The notes under the pieces are model-generated. The model worked only from the letters and a program-made list of their open reading frames with translations. It was not told the DNA's origin and ran no database searches. A stretch of DNA of 64,000 bases from assembly GCA_002898355.1 (NCBI GenBank), contig BEHD01000005.1, forward strand, positions 34,411 to 98,410, given 5' to 3'. The position numbers were made by a program, and so were the translations under genes. Positions within the stretch are counted from its first letter, which is position 1. The number at the start of each line of letters is the position of its first letter. This DNA is from an archaeon HR01. GTDB taxonomy: Archaea > Thermoproteota > Nitrososphaeria_A > Caldarchaeales > Caldarchaeaceae. This document shows, piece after piece, positions 39,703-49,543 of this stretch.

Positions 39703-42291
39703 ATGCAGATGAAAACGGCGAGGGCCATATGCGCCATATCACTCCTACTGCTGGTCGTATGGCCCTCTATACTAGCCCAGCCCACAGTAGAATATACAGT
39801 ATACCTAAGTCCCTCTGAGGCAGTTGCAGAGCAGGATTCTTCGATTGAACTCCTAGGATCATGGAGTAAGAAACAGCTCCAAATCTATGTCTATCCGTCA
39901 GGTGATGAAAGGTTTGATGAGGCTGCTGAAAAAGGTGTGGAGATCTGGTATGCGGTTATGAGAGAGTTCACATCGAAATACGGCTACGACTATCTAACCC
40001 AGCTCTCCTATGTTATAAGCTCGTCATCAAGCGGTGCAGACGTAACCTTGAGATATGTGGCCAGCCTGGAGGAAGATGCGTGCGGTGTTACACGGTATGG
40101 TTTGAGATGGGGTAGCATGATTACCTATGCTAGGATTGAGGTCTCCAGGGCTTGTGTGGGTTCTGACGCCGTATTGGCCTTCAAGGTGATGGCTCATGAA
40201 TATGGCCATGCTCTCGGCTTGGGGCACAGCACCTATTCAAGGGATTTAATGTATCCCTACATCAACTCTGCAGACAAGCCCTCCACCCTCAACGTATATG
40301 CTTTGGCGATTGCCTATCGGTGGATTCCCTCGGGCTCATTCGCTCCACCTTTACAGGATACCGTTAGGCTTCCCAGCATTATCCCCTTCGAATATCTGTC
40401 AGGCATAGCCATGCGCCACCTGGTTAGAGTTTTGATGGATACAGGTCTGGGCCAGTCTGTTCTGGCTGAGGATGTGGTTGAGCACGGCAGCCGCTTCAAC
40501 TATTTTGCCGAGGAGGTTATCCGCCTCGAGAATGATACCGAGTTTAGGTTTACGGGCTGGTTTAAGGATGGGCTGCTGATAAACCCCAATCCGGAGCTGG
40601 ATTTAAGCGTCAACAACGACCTCACCCTAGTCGCCAGATACAGTCCATTCTACCGGGCTGTCATACGTATCTCGGAGGACAATATCTTAGAAGAGTGGGT
40701 CAGACGCGGGGACCTACTGACATTTTCCGCACCCCAGACGGAGTCAATCGGTAGCGGTGTGAGAAGAGTCTTCAAGGGATGGAGTGACGGCGTCAACGAA
40801 TCCTACAGGGCTGTGGAGATGCTGGCACCCCTATATCTTGAGGCTGTCTGGCAAACCCAATACTTCCTCGAGCTAGTGGATGGTTATAATGTCTTGAAAG
40901 GGCAGGGCTGGTATGACACGGACACTTGGGGATACGTATACTCTGAAACGAACATAGTTAACCTAAGTTACGGAGAGAGAGTAAGACTGGTAGGGCTTTC
41001 TGGCGGCAACGCCACAATTGAATATTTGGGGGATAACGGGTTCCGTGTTCTAGTGTCCTCCCCGATGCGGTTGGAGGCTTTATGGGTTAGAGAGTATCTT
41101 GTAAGGGTTTCCGCCACACACGGAGAATCCATACTCCTTGAGGAGTGGGTGGCGGAGGGGGAGAGCATCCTAGTAAGTGCTCCGCCAAGGCATGTCTGGC
41201 AAAATGATACGATGGCGGTTTTCTCCAAGTGGGTTGAATCGGCGGAGCTAGGCAACCCCACCCTAATCTCTGTGAATTCGCCGGTATCCCTCACAGCATC
41301 CTACAAGGTCTACTATCTGGTGCGGGTGATATCCGATATCCCAATAAATTCGGCGAGCGGCTGGGTTGAGAGAGGTGGAGACTACATTCTAGACGCTGGA
41401 GAGCCTATCAGAGCTGAGCAAGATGGCGGGAGACATAGATTTATCGGCTGGGATGACGGAACCCTACCCGCCAGCCCATACATCATAGTTAGGGATGTGG
41501 AATCGCCGAAAACGGTTATGGCATTATGGGTTCATGAGTACCCTGTAGTTATAGAAATGCCTGACCAGGTTGTCACTGAGTGGGTTGGGGTGGGCCAGAT
41601 CTTCCAATATACCGTCCCCCAAGTTATGGAGCTAGGTGCGGGGAGGAGGCTGGTCTTCACAGGCTGGGGCCCCGAAACATCCTGGGCTGACTATCCAACG
41701 GTGGATGTACGGGTTGAAGGCCCCATATATCTCAAGCCAAGATATGTGGAGGAGGTCCTTATACGTCCCGTCTTCAGAGACTCCAACGGAGTTGAAGTAA
41801 CTGCTCAGGCGACGCTTTCTCTCCAAGGCCGTCATTGGATTCTAGAGTCCGGAGGTGAATACTGGATGCCGACAGGTTTCTACAATGTTGATGAAGTCGT
41901 CTTCAGGGGGGTGGATGTGAAATCTGAGGAGCATCTCATACTCTCTATGCCCGGTGTTCAGGATGTGGTGGTTGAGGTGCATAATGTTGAGGTGGGCGTG
42001 ACTGATTTCCTAGGCATACCCTTCTCATGGGCCACGCTGACGCTGTCAAACCCTTACACCGTTGAGGCTGAGATGACTTTGGATGGCTTGGGTAGGGCTG
42101 AGATAGGACAGTTGACAAGCTATGCCGACAAAGGGGTTGTCAGGGTAGGGCCGCTAACCTACGAGTTTAGGCTCGACCCACGGCAGGCAAGAATCAACAT
42201 AGTTCTTCCCATATCTCTGATGAGTATACAGCTTCTGGGCCTGGTCAGCGTCCTAGGCTTCCTCGCATATAGAAGCCGCTTCAATAGGTGA
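39703..42291 (+). CDS. Large secreted, C-terminally membrane-anchored metzincin (matrixin-like zinc metalloprotease) followed by six or more Listeria/Bacteroides-type (Flg_new-like) repeat domains
   Basis: Signal peptide MQMKTARAICAISLLLLVVWPSILAQ. Zinc site VMAHEYGHALGLGHS (HExxHxxGxxH) with a downstream Met-turn (LMYP). Roughly 75-aa repeats with F.GW ... L.A.W pattern (FTGW..LVARY, FKGW..LEAVW, ..LEALW, FSKW..LTASY, FIGW..VMALW, FTGW..LKPRY). C-terminal TM plus basic tail (LLGLVSVLGFLAYRSRFNR). Confidence 0.6.
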   Translation: MQMKTARAICAISLLLLVVWPSILAQPTVEYTVYLSPSEAVAEQDSSIELLGSWSKKQLQIYVYPSGDERFDEAAEKGVEIWYAVMREFTSKYGYDYLTQLSYVISSSSSGADVTLRYVASLEEDACGVTRYGLRWGSMITYARIEVSRACVGSDAVLAFKVMAHEYGHALGLGHSTYSRDLMYPYINSADKPSTLNVYALAIAYRWIPSGSFAPPLQDTVRLPSIIPFEYLSGIAMRHLVRVLMDTGLGQSVLAEDVVEHGSRFNYFAEEVIRLENDTEFRFTGWFKDGLLINPNPELDLSVNNDLTLVARYSPFYRAVIRISEDNILEEWVRRGDLLTFSAPQTESIGSGVRRVFKGWSDGVNESYRAVEMLAPLYLEAVWQTQYFLELVDGYNVLKGQGWYDTDTWGYVYSETNIVNLSYGERVRLVGLSGGNATIEYLGDNGFRVLVSSPMRLEALWVREYLVRVSATHGESILLEEWVAEGESILVSAPPRHVWQNDTMAVFSKWVESAELGNPTLISVNSPVSLTASYKVYYLVRVISDIPINSASGWVERGGDYILDAGEPIRAEQDGGRHRFIGWDDGTLPASPYIIVRDVESPKTVMALWVHEYPVVIEMPDQVVTEWVGVGQIFQYTVPQVMELGAGRRLVFTGWGPETSWADYPTVDVRVEGPIYLKPRYVEEVLIRPVFRDSNGVEVTAQATLSLQGRHWILESGGEYWMPTGFYNVDEVVFRGVDVKSEEHLILSMPGVQDVVVEVHNVEVGVTDFLGIPFSWATLTLSNPYTVEAEMTLDGLGRAEIGQLTSYADKGVVRVGPLTYEFRLDPRQARINIVLPISLMSIQLLGLVSVLGFLAYRSRFNR

Positions 42292-43369
42292 TGAACCCCG
42301 CTCTCAGGGCATGGTCCGCCAACACTATAGCCACTACAGACTCGACAACCGGAACGGCTCTCGGAACCACGGTGGGGTCATGTCTCCCAGGCACCCTCAG
42401 CTCGGTCTCGGTCATCGTTGACAGGTCCACGGTCTTCTGGCTCTTACCTATAGAGGATGCAGGCTTGAAAGCCACCCTAATAATCAAAGGCTCGCCTGTG
42501 GAAATGCCTCCTATTATCCCCCCAGACCTGTTTGTCGCCTGTCTTACCTTACCCTCGGAGACTACGTAGGGGTCATTATGCTCTGAACCCCTCATGGTTA
42601 CACATCTGAAACCTTCACCAAATTCTACGGCTTTCACAGCAGGTATTGAAAAGAGAGCCCGGCTTAGATCCGAGTCTAGGCTGCTGAAAACAGGCTCGCC
42701 CAGGCCAATTGGCATGTTGAGAGCTATACATTCAACCACTCCTCCAACGCTGTCGCCCTTCCCTCTCTCCTCCAATATGACTCTACGCATCTCATCAGCG
42801 GCCACCGGGTCAGGGCATCTCACCTCGTTGCTGTATCGTAGCTCTCTAATCTGGTCTATTGTGAGGGGGCCAGCCTTCACACCCCCAATCTCCTTAGAGT
42901 AGGCCAGTATCTCAATCCCAAGTCTATCCATCAACAGTTTCTTGGCTACAGCCCCAGCCATCACAAAGCCGGCGGTTATTCTCCCCGAAAACCTCCCTCC
43001 ACCCCTGTAGTCGTTGAATCCCCTATACTTCACTCTGGCCACGTAGTCGGCGTGCCCTGGCCTTGGTGTGTTAATAATCTTCATGTATGGGGTGGAGTCC
43101 ACATCCTTGTTCCATATCAGCATGAGGATGGGGGCGCCTGTGGTGTACCCCTCGAAAACACCCGTCAGTATCTGCACCCTATCCTCCTCTCTTCTGGTGG
43201 TCGTGACTAGCGACTGCCCAGGCTTCCTACGGTCCAGCTCAACCTGTATGTGGTCCTCTGATATCTCCAAGCCTGGAGGACAGCCATCCACCAAAGCACC
43301 CACACACTTGCCGTGGCTTTCTCCAAAACTTACCACGACAAACCTTTCACCCAGAATATTTCCCGTCAA
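42281..43369 (-). CDS. aroC: Chorismate synthase
   Basis: MTGNILGERFVVVSFGESHGKCVGALVDGCPPGLEI N-terminal signature. Confidence 0.9.
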   Translation of the reverse strand: MTGNILGERFVVVSFGESHGKCVGALVDGCPPGLEISEDHIQVELDRRKPGQSLVTTTRREEDRVQILTGVFEGYTTGAPILMLIWNKDVDSTPYMKIINTPRPGHADYVARVKYRGFNDYRGGGRFSGRITAGFVMAGAVAKKLLMDRLGIEILAYSKEIGGVKAGPLTIDQIRELRYSNEVRCPDPVAADEMRRVILEERGKGDSVGGVVECIALNMPIGLGEPVFSSLDSDLSRALFSIPAVKAVEFGEGFRCVTMRGSEHNDPYVVSEGKVRQATNRSGGIIGGISTGEPLIIRVAFKPASSIGKSQKTVDLSTMTETELRVPGRHDPTVVPRAVPVVESVVAIVLADHALRAGFITY

Positions 43370-43592
43370 ACCCCTGACACATCCATAACATGCCTTGCTT
43401 TAACAGTTACTCTCATAGTGCGGCTTTTTCAGCCCGCATCCTATGTCAGCACGTCGGACACCACGTCCCAACTGTTGTGCCGAGAGCCGTCCCCATCGTC
43501 GAAGCGGTGGCCGCATCCGTTCTCTCAGACCTCATACAATAACATGTTGTAGCAAACCAAAGCATATATCATCTCAACCCATATAAGGCATC

Positions 43593-43892
43593 ATGTCGAT
43601 GGACGAATACAGACTACTCGGCGAAGAGGAGCTCGAAAAAGCCCTAGAAAAGCTTGAGGGGTGGAGCCTACGCAAGGGAAAACTCTACAGGGTTATCGAG
43701 TTCAGAGATTTTGTGGAATGTTTCGGGTTCATGTCCAAGGTGGCGATGGAGGCTGAGAAGATGCAGCACCACCCCGAATGGTTCAACGTATACAACCGTC
43801 TGGAGATTTGGCTTGTCACACACGACCTCGGCGGCATAAGCACCTACGACCTGAAGCTGGCGCAGAAAATAAACGAGCTACTTGCTAAATGA
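43593..43892 (+). CDS. Pterin-4a-carbinolamine dehydratase (PCD/DCoH)
   Basis: EGWSL...HHPEW...YNRLEIWLVTHDLGGIS motif. Confidence 0.8.
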   Translation: MSMDEYRLLGEEELEKALEKLEGWSLRKGKLYRVIEFRDFVECFGFMSKVAMEAEKMQHHPEWFNVYNRLEIWLVTHDLGGISTYDLKLAQKINELLAK

Positions 43893-44960
43893 ATCCTTCG
43901 TCGCGAGGTTGATAGCCGCCTCCGAGATGTCTGCAGCATACTCAGCAACCCTCCGCACACTGTTTATCACGACAAGCTCCGTCAGCCTCCGCTCCAAATC
44001 CAAATACTTCTTCTGTGAATTGAGGTAGGCGTTCATCTCCGACGATATCGCTGCAATCTGAGAGAGCGTCTTGTTCGCAAGCTCGGTGCTCGGATAGAGG
44101 AAGGAGGCCAAGGAAGTATCGAAGAGCTCCGCCACCTTTGCGTTTATCTTAATGATGCGCTGGTCTGGTTTGGAGTTGTTAGTTGTGGAGAGGGTTATGT
44201 TGCTGATTGTGACGGCGTGGTCTGCCGCCCTCTCTATGCTCTTGGCTACAAGCACGTAGCTTATGCAGTCGCTTGGGTCGGAGAGGTTAATGTTCCTCAG
44301 CTTCGCATAATCCCGCACAGCTATGTTGAGCTGTCTCGTGATAAAGTGGTAAAACCTGTCAACCTCATCATCCCGTCTCACAACATCTTCTGCGAGTGCT
44401 TTGTCATTTCTGGAGAACGCTGTCATGGCCTCCACCAGCATGTGAGACGTGATTTCCCCCATTCTCTCCAGCGATGTATGTAGGGGCAGCTTGTCACTCA
44501 CGGGCAGAACCTGAGCCGTGAGCTCCGTGGCTGTTTCGCCGATTATCTCCACGCCCACAAGCCATCGCCTTATCCTATCCTTTAACACCGATATTGCCTG
44601 CGGTAAGTAAGAGGAGAGCTCGACTCGTATCCTGTCGCTTCCGTCGAGATATTTTGAGAAGAAGAGGCGCACAACCTCGTCAGGTGTCTCGTTTCCACTA
44701 AGGCGTATAACCGATTCACGACCCTGCTCATGACCATCTGTCGTGACGAGCAGCCCAAACGGCAGCGTAACAATCTTCACTGTGTCAAGCTTCTTGAGAC
44801 TAGTCTTCTCCACCCATTCTTTGGGAAGGGATATTATGAAGGTGGAGCGGCCTGTTTTCTGTACGCGTCTGGTGTATGTTTCTTGCACACCGTTATTGTT
44901 TTTTACCGGTATATAGATATGTTGCAGGAAAATATTCAACCGTACCAATCTATATATCAT
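43878..44960 (-). CDS. PhoU-domain phosphate-uptake regulator with an N-terminal AbrB/SpoVT-like DNA-binding domain (start uncertain, possibly downstream of the ORF-track start at 45014)
   Basis: RRVQKTGRSTFIISLPKEWV swapped-hairpin motif followed by two PhoU repeats; divergent from pstS. Confidence 0.6.
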   Translation of the reverse strand: MIYRLVRLNIFLQHIYIPVKNNNGVQETYTRRVQKTGRSTFIISLPKEWVEKTSLKKLDTVKIVTLPFGLLVTTDGHEQGRESVIRLSGNETPDEVVRLFFSKYLDGSDRIRVELSSYLPQAISVLKDRIRRWLVGVEIIGETATELTAQVLPVSDKLPLHTSLERMGEITSHMLVEAMTAFSRNDKALAEDVVRRDDEVDRFYHFITRQLNIAVRDYAKLRNINLSDPSDCISYVLVAKSIERAADHAVTISNITLSTTNNSKPDQRIIKINAKVAELFDTSLASFLYPSTELANKTLSQIAAISSEMNAYLNSQKKYLDLERRLTELVVINSVRRVAEYAADISEAAINLATKDSFSK

Positions 44961-44983
44961 CGTATCCCAGAGGTTCAGCCGCC

Positions 44984-46075
44984 ATGAGAAACCGAACAAA
45001 AGCTGTATCAACATCCGTTGTAGGGGGTGTCGTAGCGGCTTTGGTCGTAGGTCTCGTCATGGGCCTCATAGCTGGGCCAGCTTTGCTGGGGACAGGACAA
45101 CTACAGGTATCCACGGTTACGTCAACAGTAACTTCAACGGTTACGGTAGGTGGAACACAGACAGCTGTTGAGCTTGTTGGAGACATCGAAGTCGACGGCT
45201 CTAGCACGGTGTATCCGATAACGGAGGCCGCCGCCGAGGAGTTCATGAACCTACACAAAAAGGTAACAATCAGCGTCGGCATATCGGGGACTGGGGGAGG
45301 GTTCAAACGCTTCGTGATAGGTGAAACCGACATTAACGACGCTTCAAGGCCAATACTCAAGGCCGAGGCGGATACGGCGGCCAGCAACGGTGTCGAATGG
45401 ATAGAGGTTCCAGTGGCCATCGACGCGCTCGTCGTAGTTGTGCATCCTTCGAACAACTGGGTTGACTGCATAACCATCTCGGAGCTGAGAGAGATATGGA
45501 AGCCTGACAGCACTGTGAAAATGTGGAGCGACATCAGACCCGAATGGCCAAGAGAGCCGATAAAGCTTTACGGGCCCGGCCCAGACAGCGGAACATTCGA
45601 CTACTTCACGGAGAAAGTTGTAGGCAAGACAAAGGACAGCCGAACAGACTACGTAGCTTCAGAGGATGACAACGTCCTCGTAGCGGGAGTGGAGTCCGAC
45701 AGGCTTTCTCTGGGGTACTTTGGATTCGCATACTATTCCGAGGCCAAAGACAGAATCAAAGTTCTGAAAGTTCGAGACGACGCCGTTGGAGGAGAATGCA
45801 TTCAGCCAAGCGACGATACAGCCAGCACCTTCGTCTATCCTCTCTCGAGGCCGCTCTTCATCTACGTCAACAAAAAATCGTGGGACACCAAACCCCATCT
45901 AAGAGAGTTCGTGATGTACTATGTCGAAAACGGAGCCAAGCTGGCCAAAAAGGTAGCCTACACACCATTCCCAGACCACTACTACCAGAAAGCAGCCGCC
46001 CTCCTCAAAGCAGGAATAACCACGGGCCTCTACGAGCTGACAACCTTAAAGAACAGGAACGCAGGACCACATTAG
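44984..46075 (+). CDS. pstS: Phosphate ABC transporter substrate-binding protein
   Basis: N-terminal TM/signal anchor, IEVDGSSTVYPITEAAAEEF, NDASRP. Confidence 0.8.
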   Translation: MRNRTKAVSTSVVGGVVAALVVGLVMGLIAGPALLGTGQLQVSTVTSTVTSTVTVGGTQTAVELVGDIEVDGSSTVYPITEAAAEEFMNLHKKVTISVGISGTGGGFKRFVIGETDINDASRPILKAEADTAASNGVEWIEVPVAIDALVVVVHPSNNWVDCITISELREIWKPDSTVKMWSDIRPEWPREPIKLYGPGPDSGTFDYFTEKVVGKTKDSRTDYVASEDDNVLVAGVESDRLSLGYFGFAYYSEAKDRIKVLKVRDDAVGGECIQPSDDTASTFVYPLSRPLFIYVNKKSWDTKPHLREFVMYYVENGAKLAKKVAYTPFPDHYYQKAAALLKAGITTGLYELTTLKNRNAGPH

Positions 46076-46085
46076 TGAGGAAAAA

Positions 46086-47012
46086 ATGTCCAAAAACCTT
46101 TTCCTTAACCAAAATTTTTTAGAGAATCTTAGAAGGAGACAGCGCGCTACAAAGTTTGTAAACATACTCGTGTTATCGGCTTCCTCGGTGGCTTTTATAG
46201 CTATCATGGTGATAGTTAGCTCGCTCATCATCGAGTCATCTCTTTTCTTTAGAGAGGTATCCATAACAGAATTTTTGACCGGAACAGAGTGGACGGTTCT
46301 ATTCAGTGTGAAAAAGTTCGGTGTACTGCCGCTATTGACTGCAACCGCGCTCACATCAGCGATAGCCCTCGTGATAGCCATCCCAGCTGGCCTCGCTACA
46401 GCCATCTACCTAAGCGAGTATGCGAGACCCGCAATCAGAGGCCCTGTAAAAAACATCGTCGAACTGTTGGCGGGGATACCGACAGTCGTCTACGGATATT
46501 TCGCCCTCTACTTCATATCACCAAAAATCTTGATGCCGCTCATACAGGGAACAGGTGTCTTCAGCGCCTTGGCAGTGGGGCTGATGATAGGAGTGCTTAT
46601 CATCCCCATAGTAGCTTCTCTCAGCGAGGATGCACTGTATTCCGTGCCCGAGGATTTCAGGCTCGCGGCCTACAGCCTAGGCGCGAGAAAAATAGATGTC
46701 GTATTCCGGGTTGTGGTTCCGGCGGCGCTGTCCGGAATACTTGCTTCAATTATCCTCGCCTTCACAAGAGCCATGGGAGAGACAATGATCGCCGCGATAG
46801 CGGGGGGATTCAGACCCTTCTACAGCTTCGACCCACGTGAATCCATGCAAACCATGACCAGTTTCATCGCACAGGTTGCGACAGGCGACGCCCCTCATGG
46901 AACCATCGAATACCAATCAATATTTGCTGTCGGAATCCTTCTCTTCATCATAACCATGGTCTTCAACCTTGTTGCCTTAGCTATTGTGAGGAGGTGGCAG
47001 ATACGTTACTAA
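46086..47012 (+). CDS. pstC: Phosphate ABC transporter permease
   Basis: EAA-loop permease; follows pstS. Confidence 0.85.
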   Translation: MSKNLFLNQNFLENLRRRQRATKFVNILVLSASSVAFIAIMVIVSSLIIESSLFFREVSITEFLTGTEWTVLFSVKKFGVLPLLTATALTSAIALVIAIPAGLATAIYLSEYARPAIRGPVKNIVELLAGIPTVVYGYFALYFISPKILMPLIQGTGVFSALAVGLMIGVLIIPIVASLSEDALYSVPEDFRLAAYSLGARKIDVVFRVVVPAALSGILASIILAFTRAMGETMIAAIAGGFRPFYSFDPRESMQTMTSFIAQVATGDAPHGTIEYQSIFAVGILLFIITMVFNLVALAIVRRWQIRY

Positions 47013-47884
47013 ACACGGCCCTTCGCGGGAGACGGGACAGGGCTAGACAGTTTCTCGACCGTTTCACACCTGTTCTCCTGTCTCTGGGGGTTTTCGTCGG
47101 AGTAGCAGCTGTAACCTCTCTTCTCTTCACAGTCATCTCAACCGGCTGGCATAGATTGTCGTGGAACCTGCTATTCGGGTATCCCTCAGCGAATCCGCAG
47201 ATAGCTGGGATGCGGTCAGCGTTTCTTGGCAGCTTCTGGACAGTCGGGCTCTCGGCTCTCGTCAGCATACCTCTCGGGGTTGCATCAGCCCTCTATCTCG
47301 CAGAGTGGTCGCAGCACCGGAGACTAAGAAGATTCATCGAGTTCAACATAGCCAACCTCGCCGGCGTGCCTTCGATAATCTTCGGACTGGTGGGGCTAAG
47401 CCTGCTCACATACGGACTGGGGCTCGGCCGCTCCATAATCGCAGGAGCGTTCACCCTCGGTATCATGACTCTGCCGCTTGTCACAGTCTCCGCCGTCGAG
47501 GCCATTAAATCTATACCCGAGGCCCTCAAGCAAGGCGCCTACGCCCTTGGCGCCACAAAACTGCAGGTAACACGCTACATAATTCTTCCGAGAGCAGTTC
47601 CCATGATGATGACAGGCGCCATACTGGCGATATCGAGAGCGATAGGCGAGGCGGCGCCCATACTCGTCATCAGCGGCCTGCTGTTCATACGCACCGACCC
47701 AACATCTATCTTCGACAGGTTCACCGTCATGCCGCTCCAGATCTTCAACTGGGTGAGCAGGCCGCAGCAGGCTTTTCAGGAACTATCCTCCGCAGCCATC
47801 ATAGTCCTGCTAGCCATGTTGATGATGTTGAACGCCGCTGCAATAGTTATAAGGTATCGCTACCAGAGGAGGGTGATGCTATAA
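46994..47884 (+). CDS. pstA: Phosphate ABC transporter permease
   Basis: Second permease of the operon. Confidence 0.85.
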   Translation: MADTLLNTALRGRRDRARQFLDRFTPVLLSLGVFVGVAAVTSLLFTVISTGWHRLSWNLLFGYPSANPQIAGMRSAFLGSFWTVGLSALVSIPLGVASALYLAEWSQHRRLRRFIEFNIANLAGVPSIIFGLVGLSLLTYGLGLGRSIIAGAFTLGIMTLPLVTVSAVEAIKSIPEALKQGAYALGATKLQVTRYIILPRAVPMMMTGAILAISRAIGEAAPILVISGLLFIRTDPTSIFDRFTVMPLQIFNWVSRPQQAFQELSSAAIIVLLAMLMMLNAAAIVIRYRYQRRVML

Positions 47885-48715
47885 ATGACGATGCTGAAGA
47901 ACCTCTTTACAGAGGAGAGGGATGTGGCCATCTCCGACAGGGGGAAGATTGTAGTAGAGACGGTTGGACTCTCGGTGATGTATGGAAGAAAGTACGCTAT
48001 CAAGGACATCAGCCTGAAGTTTGAGCGTTCACGCATCACGGCGATCATAGGGCCCTCGGGATGCGGCAAGTCGACGCTGCTTCGATGCATCAACAGGATG
48101 AACGACCTCATACCCGATGCAAAGGTGGAGGGAAAAGTCTTCTACAGAGGTGTGGACATCTACGCCAAGGGCATAGACCCGGTGGCCGTGAGAACAGCCA
48201 TCGGAATGGTTTTCCAAAGGCCCAACCCGTTTCCGATGTCTATCTTCGACAACGTGGCTTTCGGGCTCAGGGTTAACGGCATAAAGCTCTCGAAACAGGC
48301 CCTGCATGAGAAGGTTAAGGACGCTCTTGAGAAGGCGGTTCTCTGGGACGAGGTGAAGGACAGGCTCGAAGCCCAGGCGTTTTCGCTTTCAGGTGGACAG
48401 CAGCAGCGTCTCTGCATCGCACGGGCCCTCGCAGTAGACCCCGACGTCATCCTACTCGACGAGCCAACAGTCTCCCTCGACCCCATATCGACGGCGAAAA
48501 TCGAGCAGCTTCTCCGCAACATCTCACAGGACTACACTATCATCATAGTAACCCACAACATGCAGCAGGCCGCACGCGTATCAGACTACACCGCCGTCTT
48601 GATGCCCGACGAGAACATGATCGGCAGGCTTATCGAATTCGGGCCCACCAAAGAGATATTCACCAACCCGAAAGACAAGAAGACGGAAGACTATATCTCG
48701 GGCAGGATAGGCTGA
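47885..48715 (+). CDS. pstB: Phosphate ABC transporter ATP-binding protein
   Basis: GPSGCGKST Walker [23 protein letters not shown]. Confidence 0.9.
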   Translation: MTMLKNLFTEERDVAISDRGKIVVETVGLSVMYGRKYAIKDISLKFERSRITAIIGPSGCGKSTLLRCINRMNDLIPDAKVEGKVFYRGVDIYAKGIDPVAVRTAIGMVFQRPNPFPMSIFDNVAFGLRVNGIKLSKQALHEKVKDALEKAVLWDEVKDRLEAQAFSLSGGQQQRLCIARALAVDPDVILLDEPTVSLDPISTAKIEQLLRNISQDYTIIIVTHNMQQAARVSDYTAVLMPDENMIGRLIEFGPTKEIFTNPKDKKTEDYISGRIG

Positions 48716-48722
48716 GGATGGT

Positions 48723-49355
48723 ATGCCGCGTCTGATGGACATAGGGCTTGAAAGGCTCGTCAACATGCTCAACGACATGTCTCACCTCAGCAGAACCGCT
48801 GTCGAGGCCGCTGTCGAAGGTTTTCTAAAAGGCACACCCACCGAGGACGAGGTTTTCCAGCTCTCGGAGAAGCTACGCTGGCTACAGGACGAGGTGGCAG
48901 ACCTCGCCGTCGAGCTTATCGCACGCTACCAGCCTGTCGCTACAGACCTCAGGTTTCTCCGTTCATGCATGGAGGTTGCATATGGGTTTTCACGGTTCGG
49001 AAGATATGCCTACGACATCTCACAAGTAATAACCACCTTCGGGGACCTGCACGAATGCGAGAAAAAAGAGGTGGTGGAAGTGGCTGAGGTGGTCAAGACA
49101 ATGATAGAGAAAAGCGTCAGGAGCTTTGTTGATAGAAACGTAGAGCTCGCCGGAGAGCTTGAAAAGCTCGACTCACTGGTTGACAGAGCCTACAAAAACC
49201 ATCTTGTGAGAAGCTTGGGTACACAGGGGTCTAAGAAATGTGATATGGCGACTATGCTGATTCTCCGGTATCTAGAGAGGATAGCGGACCACGCTACCTA
49301 CATCGGAGAAGCAGTACAATATGTAGTGATTGGTGAGAGAGCGCCTAGGAAATAG
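48723..49355 (+). CDS. phoU: Phosphate transport system regulator PhoU
   Basis: Two PhoU repeats (ExxxDxxxD-like), 210 aa, terminal gene of the pst operon. Confidence 0.8.
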   Translation: MPRLMDIGLERLVNMLNDMSHLSRTAVEAAVEGFLKGTPTEDEVFQLSEKLRWLQDEVADLAVELIARYQPVATDLRFLRSCMEVAYGFSRFGRYAYDISQVITTFGDLHECEKKEVVEVAEVVKTMIEKSVRSFVDRNVELAGELEKLDSLVDRAYKNHLVRSLGTQGSKKCDMATMLILRYLERIADHATYIGEAVQYVVIGERAPRK

Positions 49356-49396
49356 TTTGTTGTAGAGGTGCGCGTGATTCTCTGAAATCCAATATA

Positions 49397-49487
49397 TGGG
49401 GTCGCCCGGATTTGAACCGGGGATCTCCCGCGCTCCCGAAACATGTTCCCGAGGCGGGTGTCATAGACCATGCTAGACCACGACCCC
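49397..49487 (-). tRNA. tRNA-Pro (anticodon CGG) with a 15-nt intron at the canonical 37/38 position; D-arm unusually long
   Basis: Hand fold: acceptor GGGGTCG/CGACCCC, discriminator A. T arm CCCGG-TTCAAAT-CCGGG. Anticodon stem CCCGC/GCGGG with 22 nt between. Exon C32-U33-C34-G35 can pair with intron CGGG to form the 4-bp helix of a bulge-helix-bulge. The 3-nt bulges are G36-G37-a and a-g-C38. A direct TCGGGA duplication flanks the palindromic intron core AACATGTT. Confidence 0.6.
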
Positions 49488-49543
49488 CTACATACCTCAA
49501 ATACTTACCCTATTTAGGATTTTTCGTCAGACTTGAGTGGTGG

